The notes: a model not told the origin generated them from the letters alone. 18,575 bases of DNA from Breznakia sp. PF5-3 (GCF_029504745.1 NZ_JAQFIQ010000046.1:1-18575); one strand, 5' to 3'. Positions 1-8,875 are shown, numbered from the stretch's first letter. A program made the numbers and translations.

Positions 1-273
1 TTAACATTTCAAGACAAACCTTAAAGAAGCTCAATTTATTACCTGTTTGTAACGTTTTTTAATACTTTAGGTATTCCTTAGTTGAATTAAGCGTTATTTT
101 ATTACCTCTATAAGTTTGATTCAAACGAGATACTTGATTAGAGACTCTATGAATTCGTTTATGGGAAATATGACCATGTAAGACCACATCGTGCAAACGG
201 TGGACTTACTCCTTATGCACAAGCGTTACAAAAAGAGTTGACTATCACACGAAAAGACGATCTATCTTATTGA
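1..273 (+). pseudogene. Decayed IS3-family (rve/DDE) transposase, C-terminal remnant
   Basis: Frame 1 reads ...KFDSNEILD*RLYEFVYGKYDHVRPHRANGGLTPYAQALQKELTITRKDDLSY*. The Y..Y...RPH...GG.TP pattern is the conserved C-terminal end of IS3/rve transposases. An in-frame TAG at 139-141 and more stops and frame changes in 1-100 show decay. An IS3-type terminus (TGTAGCCTATCCA, 319-331) follows about 45 bp after the stop. Confidence 0.55.
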
Positions 274-305
274 TAACTCGTCTATATAAATTATATATAT
301 TTCAC

Positions 306-336
306 CTGTCTACTTTATTGTAGCCTATCCAATTAC
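306..336. repeat. 31-bp direct repeat copy 1 (IS3-type terminal inverted repeat plus 5 flanking bases)
   Basis: CTGTCTACTTTATTGTAGCCTATCCAATTAC matches 8267-8297 at 30 of 31 positions in the same orientation. Its core GTAGCCTATCCA is the reverse complement of TGGATAGGCTAC at 7051-7062. Confidence 0.8.
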
Positions 337-372
337 TAATCCAACTTCAAAGAGAATTCTTATATGATTCTA

Positions 373-1560
373 TTATTCAACAATCTCTTGTTCCAACTTT
401 ATATTGTGCAATAGCATATAATCTATTACTGGGTCTTTAAATATCTTTTGCAACTTTTTCAGCCGTTTAACATCATTAGTTGATAAGGGCAAAGCATAAT
501 CTTGATATTTTTTTAATGTGGAAACATCCATCTTCATCGTTTGAAAAGGGATATTTGTTTTATTTATCAAATCTTGATAAATATAAAATCCTCCTGCATC
601 AATATCTCCAAAGTGGTAAAACCTAACATCACTCTGTACTGCATTATAAACATAAACCAAAAAATCTCTACTTAGTGAATTATGAAAACCTCCTAAATAT
701 AATATCATACTTTCATGCGTGCTCATATCATAAAATGATGTAAGATTTTCCACGGTAATAACCCTTTTAACATCGATACTTAAAATCTCAAGCTCTTTTA
801 TATCTCTGCTTGCGAACACAAAACAATCACTAAAACCATTTAAATCAATTATTTGACTATTTATCTTTAGTTTGATATTCCCTTTTATATATATTTGTGA
901 AGGGTTTCTTAAAATATGAAAACAACCAAACGCATCATATTCCGTTTCAACTGTATTCTCATAGAAGTCTTTTACTATGTTAAATATTTTATTCTTATAC
1001 AATTCTAATTTTTTAGAATCCTGAAACACTAAAATAGAAAATTTTCTAAATGATATCTCCTCCTTCTGAGTCACCATCTTCTTTAAAATATTCATAATAT
1101 CTAAAAAATCATCTAAAGAATTATTATCAATATAAGGACTTAATGTCTTATTTTTTTCCAATTGTCTTTTAATATATCTAGTAAATTCATCAATAAAGGA
1201 ATACGTAGTTAATCCTTCTATTTCCTCTATAATTCTACTTTTGTAATCAGATTTTTCTTTTCGATTTAAATATTTATATATTCTCTTTATGACATCTTGA
1301 TTCATATTCAAAATCACTTCTTTATTTCCAAATTCATTACTCCTACCTTTTAAAATAAAGTTAGCTTTGAAAAGATTTGATACTGAAATTTCTATTTTTT
1401 CTGTTTCGACAAAATAAGAGCTTTTTCCATAATGCGGAAACAATTTTGATATTTTAAGATAAATCTTTCTTGATGGAGCACTAAATCCACTTTTGAAATA
1501 CTTACTATTTTCATACTTATCAATAAAATATGTAAGTATTTTATATTCATACGCTTTCAT
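373..1560 (-). CDS. jetD: Wadjet JetD (MksG-like), Toprim-type nuclease subunit
   Basis: 395-aa ORF, last gene of the four-gene operon, overlapping jetC by 14 nt. An SD GAGGT lies 8 nt upstream of the ATG. The C-terminal half carries VITVENLTSF ... FYHFGDIDAGGFYIY, the Glu plus DxD arrangement of a Toprim fold as in JetD/DUF2220 proteins. Size and position fit JetD. Confidence 0.85.
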   Translation of the reverse strand: MKAYEYKILTYFIDKYENSKYFKSGFSAPSRKIYLKISKLFPHYGKSSYFVETEKIEISVSNLFKANFILKGRSNEFGNKEVILNMNQDVIKRIYKYLNRKEKSDYKSRIIEEIEGLTTYSFIDEFTRYIKRQLEKNKTLSPYIDNNSLDDFLDIMNILKKMVTQKEEISFRKFSILVFQDSKKLELYKNKIFNIVKDFYENTVETEYDAFGCFHILRNPSQIYIKGNIKLKINSQIIDLNGFSDCFVFASRDIKELEILSIDVKRVITVENLTSFYDMSTHESMILYLGGFHNSLSRDFLVYVYNAVQSDVRFYHFGDIDAGGFYIYQDLINKTNIPFQTMKMDVSTLKKYQDYALPLSTNDVKRLKKLQKIFKDPVIDYMLLHNIKLEQEIVE

Positions 1561-4500
1561 CTGTAATTACCTCTATAAAAGATTGCTCTTCATGCTTAAT
1601 TACCAACAAGCTTGTATTGACGTAAGGAATGATAGTGCTTGCTCTAGAAGGTGGAACTGCAATAAATGTTTGAATATCTCTTTCATTATAAAATTTTATC
1701 ATCTCTTTGATTCTTGGCTCATCCATGTTATTAAATGCTTCATCAAATAATACAACACACCCGAAATTCTCAACAGAATTTCGGTCTTTTATAATTTGTT
1801 CAAAACTTGCTGCCATAATCACGTAAAACGGTGTCTGTGTTTCACCACCAGATTTTCCTCTATTTGTTTTAGAAAAATAAGAAAATGCTCCATTCGATTT
1901 TGTGATTTTAATATCATAATCCAAGTAATTCCGATAATCTGTATATTTAGTAAGCAGCTTTTCAGTATCCGCATTATTCTCAGTACTGGATAAACGTTCA
2001 AACAGTTCATCCATTATTTTTCTTTGACTTTCATCTAATGTTTCTGATAATAGATTATCACTAATATAGTCTTTCCCTGTATGAATTATTTCATAGTATT
2101 CTTTAAATCCTGTTTTCGAAGTAGGAGAAATACAAAATTCATATGTTTCACCATTGAAATCGCGTTTTGATAAGTTCTTATTTAGAAAAAGTATATCCCT
2201 TTTTGCATTATCAATTTTTTCGTTTAATCCTGACACAAAGGAAGTTTGGAAAGTTTCCTCACTTTTTAATTTCGCTTGACGGGCTTTATCAATTTTATCA
2301 ACAATTTCAATATCTTTTAAATACCTATATTTCTTAATATATTCTTGAATTGCTTCAATTGTATTTTCGTATCCAACATTAAAAACATTGTTATAATTTG
2401 TCATATCAACTGCAATATTTGTTGCTATAGTATTTAGTTGATATATCCACTCACTTTGCTTTCTTTCAATTTCCTCGCTTATTTTTTTAAAATTTCTTGA
2501 AAATCTTTTTTCATAATTCATTATCAACCTATCTGCTCTTTCAGTTGCGTCAATATGTTCAAGTTCATATTGAAGAATTCTTTCGCGGATTATCTTTAAT
2601 TCCCTTTTATTATTATCGAAGTCTTTTCCTAATTGATTAAGTTCTACTTCAATTGTTACCTTTTGTGTATGGAATTCATATATTTTTTGCTTCGTAACTT
2701 CTATTCGCTCACTCAATTTTCCACTTTCTTCTTGAAGTGAAAGAATTGTATCATCCAATGTAATCTTGTTCAATCTTTTCTCTTGTATATTATAGTTACT
2801 TACAATCGACTGATATTCATCAATCAATTGTAAGCGATAAGAAAGTTTTTCAGATCTTAACGCTTTCAGTTGATTCAAATTTATACTAAGTTGTTGCTTG
2901 CGTTTTTTATCTGCTTCTATAATTGGTTTCAATTCTTCTAATTCCATCTCTATTTCTTTTTTCTGGATTTTTATAGCCCCTAAACCAATTACTGGATTCT
3001 TATAAATGTGAGGATTCAATGCTCTTACTGTATAATTTTTATACAGCATCACTGTTTTTGTAATTGCCGTTCTATATTGACGCAATTGGCCTATATCATC
3101 AACACACATTACATACCTAAGTAACATATTCGTATACCATCTAGCATATATGTTTTTGGAATCAACCTTTTCTGCCAACGTTCCTTTAATATCAATATCA
3201 TTAAATCGCTTCAATTTTGCAACATCTACAATCCCAACACCAAAAATTCCATGTTTGCTCTTATACTCTTCATATGCACGCATTGCATATCCAAAATATT
3301 CTGGATCAACGATGATATCAAATCGCTGCGTATTCAAATAACCCTCAATTGCATTTCTCCATGTTTCATCTTTTACTTCCAAATATTCACACAAAGGTTT
3401 AACCTCAATATGCTTTCCATAATGATTAAAAAGTTTTTCTTTTAATAATTCAATTAGAGCATGAACTTCTGGCTTATAAATTAATTGATTTTGTTTTAAC
3501 GCTTCATATTCTTTCATTTTTTCACTGAAGTAAGAAGTATCTTTTTCTGATTTATTGATTAATTCACGAACTTGGTCTTCTAATTTCTCCTTTTTGATTG
3601 AAATAGACTCAATAATTTCTAGAATGTACGACTGTAGTTCATTACTTGTGAAATTCCCTGATGCTACATACTCTACAAATTTTTGGTGAATTCTCAGCTG
3701 TTTTAATTGTGCTGCTTCTCCTCTTATTTCATTGACCAATATTTCATAGGCATTTACTTTCTTTTCTTTTTCTCTTTTTACTTCATCAAAACTTTGTTGA
3801 ATCTTTTCCTTCAAACGATAAGACTCATTTTTAAACATAGAATTATTTACTTCATTCAATTGGTTCATATCTAACTCATTGTCTTGTTGCAATTGAATTA
3901 AGTTTGCATTTACTTGCTCCAATTTAGAAGTGAGTTTTTTCTCTTTTTCCTCTAACAAAGATATTAAATGCACAAAATTCTTTTCTTTAATTTTTTCCTT
4001 AACAAAATTTTGAATTTCTATTTTATTAGTAATTTCTCCATGGATTTTACTTTTTTCTATAATTGGTTCTAATGTTTCACACTCTTTTTGACTAAGTTTT
4101 AATTGTTCCTCTATTCGCCGATAATGCTGAATACTTTGTCTTAAATTATCAATATCAACAAAATCTTCTTTTAATAAAAAATCCATAATGAACTGATATA
4201 CTTTATCAATAGCCTTGAAAGCAAGTGCCTTAGTAACTAAATCAAAATACTTTTCTTTAACTCCTAGCGCATTAGAAAACAATCGCTTGCTGTCTCTTAT
4301 TGTATCCTTAAAAATAGCTTGTTGAGAATTATTATTCAAGTTGTTTTTAAATTCTCTTTTTGTAAGAATCTTTTTATTTATGATAAAAGACACTTGATTT
4401 ATGCTTTTATCAACAATTTGAAAAAATTCACGCCAAGGTTTTCCCCCAGATGCCAAATCTGCAACTACCCCAAGTATTTGATAAGCCTTTGTTTTTTCAT

Positions 4501-4789
4501 CATAGAATTCCAACACTATATAACTAGTCACATCCCCTGTACGCTTATACTCATTACCTTCCTCACCTGTTTTACAGCGCATATAAGTTTCCAGTGTCCT
4601 ATCCCCTATATCACTTGCAGCTTTATTAAACTTACATGTCCCTATTGTTAGAACATATTGAACCGCATCCAATACTGTTGACTTACCACTTCCATTCTCT
4701 CCTGTAATGAGTGTGTTTTTATAAACCTGAAACTCTTGGTTTACAAAAGTATACCAATTAATCAATTTCACTTTTGTCAATGTCTTCAT
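1547..4789 (-). CDS. jetC: Wadjet JetC (MksF-like) SMC-family ATPase
   Basis: N-terminal Walker A GENGSGKST. C-terminal signature-like GKSGGETQ and Walker B VVLFDEAFNNMD. These are separated by about 800 aa of K/E/L/Q-rich coiled-coil-type sequence. I prefer the ATG at 4789 (MKTLTKVKLINWY) because AGGAG lies 6 nt upstream. The maximal ORF reaches 4834. Confidence 0.9.
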   Translation of the reverse strand: MKTLTKVKLINWYTFVNQEFQVYKNTLITGENGSGKSTVLDAVQYVLTIGTCKFNKAASDIGDRTLETYMRCKTGEEGNEYKRTGDVTSYIVLEFYDEKTKAYQILGVVADLASGGKPWREFFQIVDKSINQVSFIINKKILTKREFKNNLNNNSQQAIFKDTIRDSKRLFSNALGVKEKYFDLVTKALAFKAIDKVYQFIMDFLLKEDFVDIDNLRQSIQHYRRIEEQLKLSQKECETLEPIIEKSKIHGEITNKIEIQNFVKEKIKEKNFVHLISLLEEKEKKLTSKLEQVNANLIQLQQDNELDMNQLNEVNNSMFKNESYRLKEKIQQSFDEVKREKEKKVNAYEILVNEIRGEAAQLKQLRIHQKFVEYVASGNFTSNELQSYILEIIESISIKKEKLEDQVRELINKSEKDTSYFSEKMKEYEALKQNQLIYKPEVHALIELLKEKLFNHYGKHIEVKPLCEYLEVKDETWRNAIEGYLNTQRFDIIVDPEYFGYAMRAYEEYKSKHGIFGVGIVDVAKLKRFNDIDIKGTLAEKVDSKNIYARWYTNMLLRYVMCVDDIGQLRQYRTAITKTVMLYKNYTVRALNPHIYKNPVIGLGAIKIQKKEIEMELEELKPIIEADKKRKQQLSINLNQLKALRSEKLSYRLQLIDEYQSIVSNYNIQEKRLNKITLDDTILSLQEESGKLSERIEVTKQKIYEFHTQKVTIEVELNQLGKDFDNNKRELKIIRERILQYELEHIDATERADRLIMNYEKRFSRNFKKISEEIERKQSEWIYQLNTIATNIAVDMTNYNNVFNVGYENTIEAIQEYIKKYRYLKDIEIVDKIDKARQAKLKSEETFQTSFVSGLNEKIDNAKRDILFLNKNLSKRDFNGETYEFCISPTSKTGFKEYYEIIHTGKDYISDNLLSETLDESQRKIMDELFERLSSTENNADTEKLLTKYTDYRNYLDYDIKITKSNGAFSYFSKTNRGKSGGETQTPFYVIMAASFEQIIKDRNSVENFGCVVLFDEAFNNMDEPRIKEMIKFYNERDIQTFIAVPPSRASTIIPYVNTSLLVIKHEEQSFIEVITDESV

Positions 4790-5390
4790 TGTTAACTCCT
4801 TGTTTATAATTTTGAATTCTTTCTTCAATTTCATTTATTTTATGAATAGGCAATATGTAATTTATTGTTGGATATAAAATCAATCTAGAATCATCATCTC
4901 TTAAATCTCCGATTCGCTCGCAAATATTATATCTCGATAAAAACTGATATAATTCTTTTAATTCTGTTATATTAATTCTTTTATCATATAACCCCGTTGC
5001 TTCAACTTCAGCATGCAATTCTCCCAAAGTAACGTTGATAAATTCTGTATCTTGCAATTCTTGAGACTTTTGAAAATACATTTTTCTCAGTAACAACAAA
5101 ACAACTGAATAAATTTTATTTATATTCAAATGATTATAATTATTCTTATTTATAATGTAAACAACCTGATCAGCTTTGTTTATATAAAAATTGTAATCAA
5201 TCAAAATTAAAAAATTACTGAATAACGATTCATAATCACTGATAAAATAATAATCATTTCTATCTTTTTTTCTCCCACCACATAAATAGTTAACAGATAA
5301 TAATCGATTGAGAATTCTTGAAAAATTATCCCTTTGATAAGTAGACATATTAGAATAAGTCCTAAGAATATGTTCCATTTTATCTTCCAT
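4758..5390 (-). CDS. jetB: Wadjet JetB (MksE-like, DUF4194-type) subunit
   Basis: 210-aa ORF between jetA and jetC, starting 1 nt after the jetA stop and overlapping jetC by 32 nt. AAGGAG lies upstream. The assignment rests mainly on the conserved operon position and size. No catalytic motif is expected. Confidence 0.7.
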   Translation of the reverse strand: MEDKMEHILRTYSNMSTYQRDNFSRILNRLLSVNYLCGGRKKDRNDYYFISDYESLFSNFLILIDYNFYINKADQVVYIINKNNYNHLNINKIYSVVLLLLRKMYFQKSQELQDTEFINVTLGELHAEVEATGLYDKRINITELKELYQFLSRYNICERIGDLRDDDSRLILYPTINYILPIHKINEIEERIQNYKQGVNNEDIDKSEID

Positions 5391-5391
5391 A

Positions 5392-6735
5392 TTATTTTTT
5401 CTCCTTTATTATAAATTCTCTAAACTTGTATTGATTTGTATTTACAAGTGTATTTAATGGTTCTATTTTGTATTTTGATTTTTCGTTATATCCGTATAAC
5501 CATGTTAAAACAAACAGGGATATATCCATTTGTTCCTTAAAATATACGGATCCATTTAAGACTGAATTACCATCTAATCTTTCCAAAATACGCTTCTCAA
5601 TTGATTGCTGAGTATACTTACTGTTTACTTTAAGCCTATTTATTTCTTGCTCACGAATTAAATCATCCAATTTCACTTCTTTTATAGACTCTAAATGCAT
5701 TGGTAACTTTTGCTTTCTAGATGAAAAAATTGAATGTGAGTCTAAAGTTTTATTAACAGACAATTCTACTATATTATTTAAACTTCCATCATATTGTTGC
5801 CCTGATTTGATAATTTCATTTATCTTTCCACCTATATCTTCTTTTACATTAATTAAAAACAGTATTCTGTTCGTTGCCGAAGCAACAAACTTTTCATTCT
5901 TTTTGCTTATTTCATTAATCAAATCTAATATACTTTCAAAAGAATCGATCATATAGTTTGTTTGTTCATCGAAAATATCATATGCTTTTTCATATGTTAT
6001 ATCTTTGCTATCCATTATATTTCTTACTATACAATTAATTTTTTCTTCTGAATTTCTAATTTCACTAATTGCAGCTATTATAGTATTTCTATATTTTAAA
6101 GGATGATCTCGGGTAGTCAAGTTATAAAAAGCTCTATCTACAATCATTAACTGATATTCATTAAGTAATGAATCCAATAACTGATTTAAATCATTTTTCA
6201 TATTATCTCTTAATAATTTTTTAATATATCGTTTAATATTTGTATTTAAATTTTTTAATTTATTCATTAATTCTTTTGTTGTTCTGTAATGAGAGTCAAG
6301 GATCTTATGCCCATTATTTACATCAAATCTAACAAATGAAGAATAAATATTATATACCATACTTGAATATTCAACATCTGCATCTGCATCCAATTGAAAT
6401 AATATGTTCATAATTGATGTTGCATAATCTTCAAAACTTGCATAAATTTGGTAATTATCCCCTTGTTCTTCCGAAATCCACCCACAATCTTTGAGCCTTT
6501 TATAAATATTATCTGCCCTTTCTTTTGGTGTTCCAGAAGCTATTTCATCAGTTTCTATAATATGTGAATTAAAATACTTAGTCAATTCGAATATCACATT
6601 TTCTTTTAAAGAAGCAAAAGCTGAGTCTTCTTTCATATAATCATACAATACAAATAAGCATTCACTAATCATACCTTTGTTAGAATTATTAAAAATATTG
6701 AAAAAATTTATAGGTAATGTCTCAAAAATATTCAT
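5392..6735 (-). CDS. jetA: Wadjet JetA (MksB-like kleisin, DUF3375-type) subunit
   Basis: First gene of the operon. About 447 aa from the ATG at 6735 (MNIFETLPINFF), which is preceded by GGAGGG plus 4 nt. The listed 490-aa ORF starts at a TTG with no SD. The assignment rests on position and size in the jetABCD order. Confidence 0.7.
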   Translation of the reverse strand: MNIFETLPINFFNIFNNSNKGMISECLFVLYDYMKEDSAFASLKENVIFELTKYFNSHIIETDEIASGTPKERADNIYKRLKDCGWISEEQGDNYQIYASFEDYATSIMNILFQLDADADVEYSSMVYNIYSSFVRFDVNNGHKILDSHYRTTKELMNKLKNLNTNIKRYIKKLLRDNMKNDLNQLLDSLLNEYQLMIVDRAFYNLTTRDHPLKYRNTIIAAISEIRNSEEKINCIVRNIMDSKDITYEKAYDIFDEQTNYMIDSFESILDLINEISKKNEKFVASATNRILFLINVKEDIGGKINEIIKSGQQYDGSLNNIVELSVNKTLDSHSIFSSRKQKLPMHLESIKEVKLDDLIREQEINRLKVNSKYTQQSIEKRILERLDGNSVLNGSVYFKEQMDISLFVLTWLYGYNEKSKYKIEPLNTLVNTNQYKFREFIIKEKK

Positions 6736-6778
6736 TTTTCCCTCCACAATATTAAATATATTTCCTCTTATATTTTTA

Positions 6779-6807
6779 ATTATACTATAATATTTAGTAT
6801 AAAATAA
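6779..6807 (-). promoter_or_regulatory. Possible sigma-A type promoter of the jet operon
   Basis: The minus strand reads TTATTT-17 nt-TATAAT, with the -10 box 43 nt upstream of the jetA ATG. The -10 is perfect but the -35 is weak. AT-rich context makes chance matches likely. Confidence 0.25.
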
Positions 6808-6952
6808 CCTTTTCTGATGCTTGGGTAGTATAAAATATCTTGTGTAAACTCTTGGAACTACCAATCCACGAGTAATAGTTAATATAGAAAAAGGGAACCG
6901 TTCCTAGTAGAATTAATTGTGACCAAACAATATTCGAAAGGAAGGTTACCCA

Positions 6953-7050
6953 TGAACAATTTTAACACAGAAATCTACAAGGCACTATCACAAGGTTTAA
7001 GTATTGACCAAATTATTTGCAATGAGCTGCAAGAACAGCTTAATCATTTA
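6953..7050 (+). pseudogene. Possible IS256-family transposase N-terminal stub, truncated by the IS3 insertion
   Basis: The ATG at 6953 is preceded by GAAAGGAAGG. It translates to MNNFNTEIYKALSQGLSIDQIICNELQEQLNHL, resembling the MNNF.TE..KAL... N-termini I recall for clostridial/bacillary IS256-like transposases. The reading frame runs straight into the IS3 terminus at 7051 and does not resume after 8292. Confidence 0.3.
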
Positions 7051-8292
7051 TGGATAGGCTACATGGAATGGCAACACTTTTGTAGACAAATTTTATAAGG
7101 TCATGTTTTGTCTATATTCCACAGAACTTTGATAACCTAAAGTTGAATGCACTCGCTTATTGTTGAACCAATATACGTATGCGGATAATTCTTGTTCCAA
7201 ATTCAGCAATGATGCAAACGTTCTTTCGCGGACGAATTCAGCTTTGATTATTTTGAAATGTGCTTCTGCAACTGCATTGTCCTATGGATTTCCTTTTCTA
7301 CTTAAGGATCTATCAATTCCAAATGTTTCTAATACATTATCGATTAAATGATTATCAAATTCATTACCTCTATCTGTGTGGAATATATCATATTCAAATA
7401 GATTTCCTTTGATGCTTAAAAATGCTTGTTTCACAAGTTTTGCATCTTTATATTTCCCACAACTATAACCTACAATCTCTCGATTATACAAATCGATAAT
7501 TACACAAATGTAATTCCATTGGTTATTCACCCTAACGTACGTTAAATCACTTACTATGACTTCCTTTGGCATTCTCTCATCAAATTCTCGATTTACTTTA
7601 TTTTCTATGTTTGCTTTATTAACAGTTGTCTTATGTACTTTATATTTCTTCACTGTATATACTGATACAAGCCCATTTTGATGCATAATCCGTGCAATTC
7701 TTCTTGATATACAAATGCCTTGTTTCGCTAATAAATGCTTGATTCCCCATGTTCCATAGACTTTCTGGTTATCATCAAATATTCTAACTACAATATCATT
7801 GTAACTATCAACCTTTGTTACCACATCTTGGTATTTATAATATCCAGACCTCGAAATATTTAATGCCTTACACATTTTCACTACCGAATATTTGTGTGCA
7901 TTTGCTCTGATTACTTTTACTTAGGACGTAATCAGAGCTGCTTGCTTCTAGGTGCCCTTGGGGCATAAAATATCGTTCTCCATTTCAAGCTGTTTATTTC
8001 TTTTTCTTAAAGCAATTAATTCTTTTTCTTCTGGAGTAAGGCTATCTTTTGTTTTGAATGATCCTGCTGTATCCGCCTGTTTAATCCATTTTGTTAATGC
8101 TGAAGGGGTTAAATCATATTCTCTAATAATTTCGGGCTTGGGTTTTCCACTTTGGTATAAGTTTACCCTTTACTGTTTAAATTCACTTGTAAATACTTTA
8201 CGTTTTCTTCTTGTTGTCATTTTCTTTTCCTCGCTCTTCTATTTTACCATGACAACCTTATCTTTTCTGTTTACTTTATTGTAGCCTATCCA
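7051..8292 (-). mobile_element. IS3-family insertion sequence, 1242 bp, inactivated
   Basis: Terminal inverted repeats TGGATAGGCTACA (7051-7063) and TGTAGCCTATCCA (8280-8292), with the TG...CA ends typical of IS3. It contains OrfA-like HTH and OrfB-like DDE coding sequence. No target-site duplication is seen (flanks ...TTTA and ATTAC...). Confidence 0.85.
7093..8220 (-). pseudogene. IS3-family transposase (OrfA HTH + OrfB rve/DDE) with four in-frame nonsense codons
   Basis: One continuous frame of 375 codons: MTTRRKRKVFTSEFKQ*RVNLYQSGKPKPEIIREYDLTPSALTKWIKQ...ENDILCPKGT*KQAALITS*VKVIRANAHKYSVVKMCKALNISRSGYY...SDLTYV...HTDRGNEF...SRKGNP*DNAVAEAHFK...YWFNNKRVHSTLGYQSSVEYRQNMTL*. The stops are at 8170-8172 (TAA), 7948-7950 (TAG), 7921-7923 (TAA) and 7282-7284 (TAG, where GNPYDNA is expected). 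Confidence 0.85.
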
Positions 8293-8297
8293 ATTAC
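8267..8297. repeat. 31-bp direct repeat copy 2 (IS3 terminus plus 5 flanking bases)
   Basis: CTGTTTACTTTATTGTAGCCTATCCAATTAC has one mismatch to 306-336. The identity continues 5 bp (ATTAC) beyond the IS end at 8292. Confidence 0.8.
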
Positions 8298-8489
8298 AGC
8301 AAAAGTAATCGTAATACCCTTTATACAACCACATATAAACCATTTTAACTGCCATTTGTTTTTAGTCAATATAAAACCATTGGTAGTTTTCTTTTACCCT
8401 TACATACCTTTTATTGTCAGTATTAATACTCCTCTCTACAAAGTCTATTATGTATCTTATACTTGGTTTATGAAAGTGAGGAATATAAT

Positions 8490-8735
8490 ATGACAACTGA
8501 TATTAAAACTTCTCTGATAAATGATTTATGTATTTCAATCCAAGACACAATACTAATTGGGATAGAGCAGCAACCTAATGATTTTATTTATCTAATAAAT
8601 ACGATTAATCTACTAACAGCATTTCAAAATAACGGTATTAAAATTGATACTACTATCTTCACAGATATTTACATGGATAACCTTTATAGGGAGATACGAA
8701 CATTTCTATTGAAACCCTACAAAATTGAAGAATAG
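8490..8735 (+). CDS. Hypothetical small protein (81 aa)
   Basis: The only plausible plus-strand gene. The ATG at 8490 (MTTDIKTSLINDL...) is preceded by AGTGAGGA 8 nt upstream. I see no recognisable motif. It lies between the IS3 element and the convergent terminator hairpin. Confidence 0.4.
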   Translation: MTTDIKTSLINDLCISIQDTILIGIEQQPNDFIYLINTINLLTAFQNNGIKIDTTIFTDIYMDNLYREIRTFLLKPYKIEE

Positions 8736-8875
8736 TGTATACAAACTTATAGGCAATTTCGATTGTGACCAACCTTTTCCTTACGACATAATTGCTACCC
8801 TAATTCAAATATACACTTATTTTATTGCAGTTATATACTTTTCTATAGCAATATGTAAAACTAAATAGCACATAA

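Noticed and set aside
1493-4651. Plus-strand ORFs 1493-1750, 1796-1993, 3150-3341, 3251-3445 and 4319-4651, and the nested minus-strand ORF 1819-2010
   Set aside because: All lie inside the strongly supported jetC/jetD frames. Their translations are Phe/Ile/Cys/Leu-rich, as expected for the antisense or off-frame reading of an AT-rich K/E/N-rich gene, and none has an SD.
4790-6864. Longer N-terminal extensions offered by the ORF track (jetC to 4834 and jetA to 6864; similarly 17690-17719, 15604-15618, 14236-14241 and 8463-8489)
   Set aside because: In each case an internal ATG has a properly spaced AGGAG-type SD. The upstream start is non-ATG or lacks an SD, and it adds atypical N-terminal sequence.
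7900-7970. Programmed -1 ribosomal frameshift site at the IS3 OrfA/OrfB junction
   Set aside because: OrfA-like and OrfB-like sequence are in the same frame here. No A-AAA-AAG type slippery heptamer is present at the junction. The GC-rich palindrome there is an 18-nt in-frame insert carrying a stop, not a downstream stimulatory structure.
7160-8284. Plus-strand ORFs 7160-7351 and 7952-8284
   Set aside because: They are antisense to clear IS3 OrfB and OrfA coding sequence, with low-complexity translations and no SD.
6916-8772. 11-bp repeat ATTGTGACCAA at 6916-6926 and 8762-8772, flanking the IS region
   Set aside because: An exact 11-mer recurring once in an 18.5-kb AT-biased window is within chance expectation, and there is no extended similarity around it.
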